Assembly (NCBI GenBank): GCA_965659815.1
Contig: CBFHXO010000004.1
Coordinates: forward strand, 181-64,180
Source: Pseudomonadales bacterium
Lineage (GTDB): Bacteria > Pseudomonadota > Gammaproteobacteria > Pseudomonadales > UBA7434
Reading direction: 5' to 3'
DNA: 64,000 nucleotides
The position numbers and the translations under genes are program-made. The stretch's first letter is position 1; every line of letters begins with the position of its first letter. The notes under the pieces were generated by a model. It was given only the letters and a program-made list of their open reading frames with translations. It searched no databases and was not told the DNA's origin. Shown here piece by piece: positions 50,210 through 57,824 of this stretch.

Positions 50210-52135
50210 TCAATCGCTTGATTGCGTCCGACCCCTGAGTTCAACATCGCTTGCCAGACGTTGGGCAAAGGCCTCAACCGGCATACTGCCCAGATCTTCA
50301 CCTGACAGCGTACGCACCGCCACCGAACCCGTTTCGACTTCTTTGTCGCCAACAACCAGCAGGTACGGAGTCTTGCTTAAAGTGTGGGCGCGGATTTTAA
50401 AGCCGATCTTCTCATTTCTCAAGTCTGTTTCGGCCCGAAAACCTTGTTTAATCAGGGTTTCTTGCACATTATTGGCAAATTCGGCCTGATTGTCGGTGAT
50501 ATTCATAATGACCGCTTGCACCGGTGCCAGCCAGACCGGGAATTTGCCTTCGTAGTGCTCAATAAGCATACCGATAAAACGCTCAAATGAGCCCAAAATC
50601 GCCCGATGCAGCATGACCGGCACCAATCGGCTGCCATCTTCCGCCACATATTGAGCCTCCAGTCGGCCCGGCATAGAGAAATCGACCTGAATCGTGCCGC
50701 ATTGCCAAACCCGGCCAATACAGTCGCGCAGCGAAAACTCGATTTTTGGCCCGTAAAAAGCACCCTCACCGGGCAGTAAATCCCAGGCCAGCCCTTTGTT
50801 GTTAAGCGCCAGCTCCAGCGCCTGCTCGGCTTTATCCCAAATCTCGTCAGAACCCACCCGCTGTTCCGGGCGGGTTGATAACTTCACCAACACATCGTCA
50901 AAGCCAAAGTCCTTGTACACCGAGTAAAGCAAATCGATAAATACCGAGACCTCTTCCTGAATCGCGTCTTCGGCACAAAAGATATGCGCATCGTCTTGCA
51001 CAAAACCACGCACCCGCATTAAGCCCTGCAAGGTACCCGAGGCTTCGTTGCGATGGCAGGAGCCAAACTCAGCCAGTCGTAACGGCAGGTCGCGATAGCT
51101 TTTTAAGCCCTGGTTAAACACCTGTACGTGACAGGGGCAGTTCATCGGCTTCACTGCATAGTCGCGCGATTCCGATTCGATAGTAAACATATTGTCGGCA
51201 AACTTGTCCCAGTGGCCAGACTTTTCCCACAGCGTACGATCAACCACCTGCGGGGTTTTGATTTCCTGGTAGCCATTGGCGTTTTGCACATCGCGCATGT
51301 ATTGCTCAATCACCTGATACAAGGTCCAGCCGCGCGGATGCCAGAACACCATACCTGGCGCTTCTTCTTGCAAATGAAACAGGTCGAGCTTTTTGCCGAT
51401 TTTGCGATGGTCGCGTTTTTCGGCCTCTTCCATACGGGTGATATAGGCCTTTAAGCCTTTTTTATCGGCCCAGGCGGTACCGTAAACGCGTTGCAGCATT
51501 TCATTACTGCTATCGCCACGCCAGTAGGCACCGGCTAACTTGGTGAGCTTAAAGTGCTTTAAAAAACGGGTATTCGGCACATGCGGGCCGCGGCACATGT
51601 CCATATAGTCCTGATGATAGTAAAGCCCCATCGCCGTTTCGTCGGGCATATCATCAACCAAACGCAGCTTGTACTCTTCACCGCGATTAGTAAATTCTTT
51701 AATAACTTCATCGCGCGGCGTCATTTTTTTAATAACGTCGTAGTCTTGCGCAATCAACTCTTTCATGCGCGCTTCTATCGCATCGACATCTTCGGGCGTG
51801 AACGGTTTTTCCGTTGCGATATCGTAGTAAAAGCCCTCTTCAATCACCGGGCCAATCACCATTTTGGCATCGGGGTAAAGCTGCTTCACCGCATGGCCAA
51901 TTAAATGGGCGCAAGAGTGGCGAATAATTTCAACACCCTCTTCATCGCGGGCGGTGATAATACGCAGGCTGGCATCGGCGTCGATTAAATCGCTGGCATC
52001 GCGCAGCTGACCATCGACTTCGCCGGCGATAGTGGCCTTGGCCAAACCGGGGCCGATATCTTCGGCAACTTGCATAATAGTGACAGCATTATCGAAAGCC
52101 CGCTGGCTTCCATCGGGAAGGGTAATAACTGGCAT
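50210..52135 (-). CDS. thrS: threonine--tRNA ligase
   Basis: 641 aa with TGS, editing, class II core and anticodon-binding domains. [13 protein letters not shown]-terminus. Confidence 0.97.
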   Translation of the reverse strand: MPVITLPDGSQRAFDNAVTIMQVAEDIGPGLAKATIAGEVDGQLRDASDLIDADASLRIITARDEEGVEIIRHSCAHLIGHAVKQLYPDAKMVIGPVIEEGFYYDIATEKPFTPEDVDAIEARMKELIAQDYDVIKKMTPRDEVIKEFTNRGEEYKLRLVDDMPDETAMGLYYHQDYMDMCRGPHVPNTRFLKHFKLTKLAGAYWRGDSSNEMLQRVYGTAWADKKGLKAYITRMEEAEKRDHRKIGKKLDLFHLQEEAPGMVFWHPRGWTLYQVIEQYMRDVQNANGYQEIKTPQVVDRTLWEKSGHWDKFADNMFTIESESRDYAVKPMNCPCHVQVFNQGLKSYRDLPLRLAEFGSCHRNEASGTLQGLMRVRGFVQDDAHIFCAEDAIQEEVSVFIDLLYSVYKDFGFDDVLVKLSTRPEQRVGSDEIWDKAEQALELALNNKGLAWDLLPGEGAFYGPKIEFSLRDCIGRVWQCGTIQVDFSMPGRLEAQYVAEDGSRLVPVMLHRAILGSFERFIGMLIEHYEGKFPVWLAPVQAVIMNITDNQAEFANNVQETLIKQGFRAETDLRNEKIGFKIRAHTLSKTPYLLVVGDKEVETGSVAVRTLSGEDLGSMPVEAFAQRLASDVELRGRTQSSD

Positions 52136-52235
52136 AGTTGGTTCCTTTCTCAGTGGTGACCGCTACCAATGGCCACTTGGATCATTTCAATCGTTTTACT
52201 TAATGTTAGCGTTATCGAGCACCGGTGTTGTCACA

Positions 52236-52260
52236 AAAGTACTGTTATAAAGTACTGTTA
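52236..52260. repeat. tandem 13-bp duplication (AAAGTACTGTTAW x2) in the thrS leader / grxD 3' spacer
   Basis: Read directly. Confidence 0.85.
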
Positions 52261-52319
52261 AAAAAGTGATTCTCAACCTTGTTATCGCAACAGCGCTTTC
52301 TTAACAATACAGAAGATTT

Positions 52320-52655
52320 TTACTGCGCTGCCTCATCGGGCACAGCGCCAGCTATCACTTCCTGCAGCTCACCATTTTGGTACATCTCGGTGATAATATC
52401 GCAACCACCAATCAGCTCACCGCCCACCCACAGTTGCGGAAAGGTCGGCCAGTTAGCGTACTTGGGCAAGTTGGCGCGAATATCGGGGTTAGACAAAATA
52501 TCAACATAGGCAAAGCGCTTGCCGCAGCCCATAAGCGCTTCGGTGGCACGTGCCGAAAAACCGCATTGCGGTTGGTCGGGCGAGCCTTTCATATAGAGAA
52601 TAACCGGGTTGTTCTCGATCTGGTCTTTAATAGTATCCATGATATCCATGGGCAA
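52320..52655 (-). CDS. grxD: monothiol glutaredoxin (Grx4 family)
   Basis: 111 aa with the CGFS active site (PQCGFS). Confidence 0.93.
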   Translation of the reverse strand: MPMDIMDTIKDQIENNPVILYMKGSPDQPQCGFSARATEALMGCGKRFAYVDILSNPDIRANLPKYANWPTFPQLWVGGELIGGCDIITEMYQNGELQEVIAGAVPDEAAQ

Positions 52656-52967
52656 CAGTTGAACCTCTTTTAATTGCCTTGCCGCTGTTATCTGCCAGTC
52701 TTGCTACAACTTTATTGCAACAAGTGTTTTTGCAATACCTATTGCTGCAATAGCTTAACTTGCAGTAAAAGCGGTGGCTGGTAATTGTCGGCCACTACCA
52801 TGGCCGTCGGAAACCCTGCATTGTAGCCAGCTACTTAATCATTGGCTATGCCCTACCCCTGCAATTTCCCCGTATCTGCGTCAGATTGCAGCTATTTAGC
52901 GGTGCAGTAGTGACATATTCCCCCTTTACTCACTCGCAACGGATAAGCTAGTATTTGGCCCTGCATA

Positions 52968-52995
52968 GGCAGCTTTCGCTGCCTTTTTGCGTTTT
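52968..52995 (+). terminator. orphan plus-strand Rho-independent terminator in the grxD-argD spacer
   Basis: GGCAGC-tttc-GCTGCC followed by TTTTTGCGTTTT. No plus-strand ORF lies upstream of it. Confidence 0.5.
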
Positions 52996-53144
52996 GGGGC
53001 AGCGAGTCTCCCCAACATACACCTGTGGCAAAAAGCGATACACACGCGTTAGCCAGCTGTACAACGCCTTAATAGCTACTCAAGACAATAGCTATTCCAA
53101 ACAATTGCCATAAATGCGAGTCTCAACACGATAGAAGCAGGTCC

Positions 53145-53260
53145 TGAAGTGACTTGTTGGAAAACTATTTTTTTATTGAATGACACTCTATTGAGTGACT
53201 CTTTGTTGAATGACCCATTGTTAAATGACGTACTGAAATTATTAAATGACGCACTGAAGA
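53145..53260 (+). promoter_or_regulatory. array of direct TTRAATGAC-type motifs upstream of argD
   Basis: TTGAATGAC at 53176, TTGAGTGAC at 53191, TTGAATGAC at 53206, TTAAATGAC at 53221 and TTAAATGAC at 53242. Spacings are 15, 15, 15 and 21 bp. The array ends about 40 nt before the argD ATG. Confidence 0.4.
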
Positions 53261-53296
53261 ACATTACTGAAACGCACTTAAAACGAATCATCGATT

Positions 53297-54478
53297 ATGA
53301 GCCAATCTGCCGTAATGAACACCTACCAACGACTACCCGTGACTTTTCATCACGGCGACGGTAATTACCTGTTCGATACCCACGGTAAACGCTATCTCGA
53401 TGCCTTGTGCGGCATTAGCGTCACCAACCTGGGCCATAATCACCCGGCAGTAACCCGAGCTATCAAGCACCAGGCTGAATCGCTGCTGCACACCTCCAAT
53501 CTTTACCACATTGAGCCGCAGCAAAAACTGGCCGAAACACTTTGTGCGCTAAGCGCTATGGATAATGTGTTTTTTAGCAACTCTGGCGCCGAAGCCAACG
53601 AAGCCGCGATTAAACTGGCCAGGCTTTATGCGCATAACGCCGGCAATAGCAATCCCATGATCATGACCATGAGCAATAGCTTTCATGGCCGAACGCTAGC
53701 AACGCTAACCGCCACCGGTAACGAGAAAATCAAAGCCGGCTTTGGCCCTCTACCACCCGGTTTTATTAGCGCCGAGTACAATAATATCGATTCAGCCAAA
53801 CAGTTATTTGATCAATACAAAGACAGCATTGCTGCGGTATTAATCGAACCTGTACAGGGCGAAGGCGGCATCAACCCTGCCAATCACGAATACCTGCAAC
53901 AATTGCAGCAACTGTGTCAGCAGCACCATGCGCTGTTTATGCTTGATGAAATCCAAACCGGCAACGGCCGCTGCGGCCGTTACTTTGCCTATCAGGCCAT
54001 TGGACTTAAACCCGACGTAGTAACCACTGCTAAGGGGCTGGGCAATGGCGTACCCATTGGCGCCTGCCTGGCAAGCGGCAAAGCTGCGCAGACTTTGGTA
54101 CCCGGCACCCATGGCTCTACTTTTGGCGGCAACCCATTAGCGACTGCAGCTGCACTTGCCGTGGTTGAAACTATTGAAGCTGAACAACTTGATGCGCGTG
54201 CCGCCGCACTGGGTGAATCAATCATCGACGGACTCAAACAGGCGCTGGGCGGCAACGCGGCCGTTATCGATATTCGCGGCATGGGTTTAATGTTAGGCAT
54301 TCAACTCGATAGGCCTTGCGGGCAACTGGTTACCGATGCGCTGAACGCAGGTGTGCTCATCAATGTCACTGCAGGCTCCGTCGTCAGACTATTACCGCCG
54401 CTAACACTGAGCGATAGTGAGGCCAAGCAATTGGTTGTCACCGTATCTGAACTGATTAATCAATTGACCACTGCCTAG
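53297..54478 (+). CDS. argD: acetylornithine (succinylornithine) aminotransferase
   Basis: 393 aa class-III aminotransferase. SGAEANEAAIKLAR, DEIQTGNGR and TTAKGLGNG (PLP Lys). Confidence 0.9.
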   Translation: MSQSAVMNTYQRLPVTFHHGDGNYLFDTHGKRYLDALCGISVTNLGHNHPAVTRAIKHQAESLLHTSNLYHIEPQQKLAETLCALSAMDNVFFSNSGAEANEAAIKLARLYAHNAGNSNPMIMTMSNSFHGRTLATLTATGNEKIKAGFGPLPPGFISAEYNNIDSAKQLFDQYKDSIAAVLIEPVQGEGGINPANHEYLQQLQQLCQQHHALFMLDEIQTGNGRCGRYFAYQAIGLKPDVVTTAKGLGNGVPIGACLASGKAAQTLVPGTHGSTFGGNPLATAAALAVVETIEAEQLDARAAALGESIIDGLKQALGGNAAVIDIRGMGLMLGIQLDRPCGQLVTDALNAGVLINVTAGSVVRLLPPLTLSDSEAKQLVVTVSELINQLTTA

Positions 54479-54520
54479 CGGCTAAACGAACAAACCAAAA
54501 GTACAAATAGCGAGTTAACT

Positions 54521-55429
54521 ATGGCTATTCGACATTTCTTATCATTGCTGGATTTAAACCCGGAAGAACTGGACGGTATTATCCAACGTGCCATTGAGCT
54601 AAAAAAAACGCCGATAAGCGATTCCTTTAGCGGTAAGGTGCTGGCAATGGTTTTTGAAAAATCGTCTACCCGGACGCGCCTGTCTTTTGAAACCGGCATG
54701 GCACAAATGGGCGGTCACGCTATATTTTTGTCACCCAGAGATACCCAGCTGGGTCGCGGTGAACCTATACAAGACAGTTCGCGGGTAATCTCTTCGATGG
54801 TCGATATCGTGATGATCAGAACCTTTGCCCATGCGAATATCGAGCTGTTTGCCAAGCACTCCAGCGTGCCAGTGATTAACGCCTTAACCGATGACCTGCA
54901 CCCCTGCCAGCTACTGGCCGATATGCAAACCTTTGTTGAGCAACGTGGCAGTATCAAAGGTAAAACCGTCGCATGGATTGGCGATGGCAACAACATGTGC
55001 CAGTCGTACATTAATGCGGCCAGGCAGTTTGATTTTAAATTGCAAATCGCCTGTCCAGTGGGTTTTGAGCCTGACAGCGCCATGGTCAAAGCCAATGCCG
55101 ATCGGGTATCAGTGACTAATGACCCAGTAGCCGCCGTTAATGGTGCGCATTTAGTGGTGACCGATGTCTGGGCATCTATGGGTCAGGAGCAAGAGCAAAC
55201 CGAGCGCGAAAAACAGTTTGCCAACTTTCAGGTAAACCACGACTTAATTCAGTATGCAGCGAGCGATGTATTATTTATGCACTGTCTTCCTGCACACCGC
55301 GGCGAAGAGGTAAGCGAAGCCTTGCTAGAAGATGCCAACTACTCCGTTGTCTGGGATGAAGCCGAAAATCGCCTGCATGCGCAAAAAGCGCTAATGGAGT
55401 TTTTACTGGCCAATAGCACGACGGCTTAG
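54521..55429 (+). CDS. argF: ornithine carbamoyltransferase
   Basis: 302 aa. STRTR, HPCQ, DVWASMG and HCLP motifs. Confidence 0.93.
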   Translation: MAIRHFLSLLDLNPEELDGIIQRAIELKKTPISDSFSGKVLAMVFEKSSTRTRLSFETGMAQMGGHAIFLSPRDTQLGRGEPIQDSSRVISSMVDIVMIRTFAHANIELFAKHSSVPVINALTDDLHPCQLLADMQTFVEQRGSIKGKTVAWIGDGNNMCQSYINAARQFDFKLQIACPVGFEPDSAMVKANADRVSVTNDPVAAVNGAHLVVTDVWASMGQEQEQTEREKQFANFQVNHDLIQYAASDVLFMHCLPAHRGEEVSEALLEDANYSVVWDEAENRLHAQKALMEFLLANSTTA

Positions 55430-55432
55430 CAG

Positions 55433-56938
55433 CTACCCCTCCAGCAAACTATTTACCGCCTTGCTCCAGCCCGCATACAAGCCATCGGCGTCAGCGGCTG
55501 CCATGCTTGCCTGGTAGTCGTGCTCGCAGCACCAAATGTCGGCAATATCATCAAGACCGGCAAACACTCCAGCCCCAATACCAGCCAAACTTGCCGCCCC
55601 CCAGGCGGTTGCTTCGGCAACTGCCGGCACCTGAATTTGCGTTTGCAAGATATCGGCTAAAAACTGGCAAACCATACGATTGGCAACCAGGCCGCCATCG
55701 GCGCGCAACACACCAGAGCTTTGCGCCATATCAATAGTTTCAATATCGGCCATCATAGCGGCAACCAGGTCGCGGGTTTGATAAGCCTGCGCCTCCAGCG
55801 CCGCCCTGGCAATATGCGCCGATGTAGTATCGCGCCCCAGACCAACAATAGCGCCACGCACATCAGGGCGCCAGTAAGGCGCGCCCAGGCCGGTTAAGGC
55901 CGGCACAAAATAAACCCCTTCATTATTTGTCAGACTATTAGCCAGCGCCTCACTTTCTTTTGCCTCGCGAAACATGTTAAGCCCATCGCGCAACCACTGC
56001 ACAGCAGCACCGGCAATAAAAATAGAGCCCTCTAAGGCGTAATGACGCTGGCCATCAAGTTGATAGGCAACCGTGGTTATCAGCCGGTGCGCAGAAGTCA
56101 CTGGCTGCGCGCCCAGATTCAACAACATAAAACAACCGGTGCCATAGGTCGACTTAATCATGCCCTGTTCAAAGCAGGCCTGACCCACCAGCGCAGACTG
56201 CTGGTCGCCTATCATCGCGGTAATAGGCAGGTCTTTGCCCAGTAGCTGCGCTGCCGCCATACCAAATTCGCTAACGTTATCGCAAACCCTGGGCAACATA
56301 CTGGGCGGAATATTAAAGACCTGCAGCAATTTATCATCCCAGCTACCGGTGGCAATATTGAGCAATAGTGTTCGGGATGCATTTGTGGCATCGGTGGCAT
56401 GCACCCGACCTTCGGTTAATCGCCACAGTAAAAAACAATCGATCGTGCCAAATAGCAGCTCCCCTGCCTCGGCTCTTTGACGGGCGCCCTCGACATTATC
56501 GAGAATCCAGGCAATTTTGGTGGCCGAAAAATACGGATCCAACAGCAAACCAGTTGTTTCCTGAACCAGCGCTTCGTGGCCCTGGCCTTTCAACACCTCA
56601 CAATAGTCTGCAGTGCGACGATCTTGCCATACAATAGCGTTGTAAACCGGCTCCCCTGTTTGCCTGTCCCATACCACCGTCGTCTCTCGTTGGTTGGTAA
56701 TGCCGATCGCAACCGTGCGATTCAGGGCATCCGGGGCCGACAACACTGCGCGGCAGGTTGCCAGAGTATCGCGCCAGATTTCTTCCGCATCTTGCTCAAC
56801 CCAACCCGAATGTGGATAGGTCAGCGCCAGCTCCTGTTGCTCAACCGCACTGATACTGCCCTGAGCATCAAATAAAATCGCTCTTGAGCTGGTGGTGCCC
56901 TGGTCTATTGCTAGCAGTAATGGTTGTTGGATTGTCAT
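55433..56938 (-). CDS. glpK: glycerol kinase
   Basis: 501 aa. AIDQGTTSSR and GITNQRETTVVWD. Confidence 0.97.
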   Translation of the reverse strand: MTIQQPLLLAIDQGTTSSRAILFDAQGSISAVEQQELALTYPHSGWVEQDAEEIWRDTLATCRAVLSAPDALNRTVAIGITNQRETTVVWDRQTGEPVYNAIVWQDRRTADYCEVLKGQGHEALVQETTGLLLDPYFSATKIAWILDNVEGARQRAEAGELLFGTIDCFLLWRLTEGRVHATDATNASRTLLLNIATGSWDDKLLQVFNIPPSMLPRVCDNVSEFGMAAAQLLGKDLPITAMIGDQQSALVGQACFEQGMIKSTYGTGCFMLLNLGAQPVTSAHRLITTVAYQLDGQRHYALEGSIFIAGAAVQWLRDGLNMFREAKESEALANSLTNNEGVYFVPALTGLGAPYWRPDVRGAIVGLGRDTTSAHIARAALEAQAYQTRDLVAAMMADIETIDMAQSSGVLRADGGLVANRMVCQFLADILQTQIQVPAVAEATAWGAASLAGIGAGVFAGLDDIADIWCCEHDYQASMAAADADGLYAGWSKAVNSLLEG

Positions 56939-56940
56939 GG

Positions 56941-57020
56941 CTTATCCTGATTCTTATCCTATTTATCGTACTATGTCCGAGTACTAGTTCGAGTACTAGT
57001 TCGCGTACTATTTCCCGTAC
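56941..57020. promoter_or_regulatory. 12-bp-periodic tandem motif array immediately upstream of glpK
   Basis: CTTATCCT x2, then CGTACTATGTC, CGAGTACTAGTT x2 (perfect), CGCGTACTATTT and CCCGTAC. All are in 12-bp register, starting 3 nt from the ATG. Confidence 0.4.
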
Positions 57021-57271
57021 AAATTAATGCAGCCTATTAGTGCATGTACGAGAATAAAAATCGATTCGCTGGCCAATTTTTTTCCTGATGATCTAAGCCC
57101 TCTATCAGCGACCAAATGAGAGCACCCGCGCTTAAACAAAAATGTAATAAAAAAAATTTTTTTAATGCAAAAATAATTTTAACCCTTTTTTTTCAATCAC
57201 CTGAAGCGATTACCCAGGCATGCTCCGTGTTAAGTCTTCCCGTTGGCGTAAGTAGCCACAAACAAGCCAAG

Positions 57272-57280
57272 TTATCCACA
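57272..57280 (+). promoter_or_regulatory. consensus DnaA box TTATCCACA upstream of nrdA
   Basis: A perfect 9-mer is read directly. A degenerate second copy, AAATCCACA, lies at 57283-57291. Confidence 0.5.
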
Positions 57281-57313
57281 GAAAATCCACAGCAAACACC
57301 AAGAGTTTTGCCC

Positions 57314-57342
57314 TTGCATAATGGTCGCTACCGCACTATCTT
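57314..57342 (+). promoter_or_regulatory. candidate sigma-70 promoter of nrdAB
   Basis: TTGCAT-17 nt-TATCTT. The -10 element overlaps the first putative NrdR box. Confidence 0.35.
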
Positions 57343-57378
57343 GTACCCCGTGCCGATGCCAACCCCAAGATATAGGGT
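57331..57378 (+). promoter_or_regulatory. putative tandem NrdR boxes
   Basis: ccgCACTATCTTGTac (about 10/16 matches) and cccCAAGATATAGGGt (about 12/16 matches) to the recalled consensus acaCwAtATaTwGtgt. Centres are 32 bp apart. Confidence 0.5.
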
Positions 57379-57824
57379 TTTATCACCTCATATTTCGATT
57401 TAACCTCTGATTTGGTCATGGGTTCAATCAAGACCGCTTTGGCACGACCGAGGAAGTACGTATCTTATTCACTTAGAACGAATAACGTACAAATTGAACG
57501 GGCTCTATAAGCACAACCGCAGGCGGTTAAACCTATCAATATGTACCCATCTGACACGCAAACGCTGCCAAAGATGTTCTCTTCGTTGGCAGAAAGCGAG
57601 ATTTTTAGTTTATCGGGTGCTTGTGGACAAAGCGGGTATAGCGAGTAAGGCCATTGCATGGCGGGCTAATTTTTAAACAGACTAGTCAATATTTTGACAA
57701 GCAAAACTGTAATCCCCGAAAAAGGCAGAAATTAGGCAGAAACAGAGCAGCAAGTACAAGACCAATACAAGTAGTAAACACCATAACAACAAAACTGAAT
57801 AAAAGATCAGACTGAGGAGTCAAC

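Noticed and set aside
53076-53364. ORFs 53076-53291 (minus) and 53149-53364 (plus) with repetitive SFNN/LLND peptides.
   Set aside because: They are translation artefacts of the TTRAATGAC repeat array. The plus-strand one also runs out of frame into argD.
57350-57824. A cobalamin or other riboswitch in the long nrdA leader.
   Set aside because: I found no B12-box-like sequence or other riboswitch core. The hairpins present are simple stem-loops. A covariance-model scan would be needed to exclude this formally.
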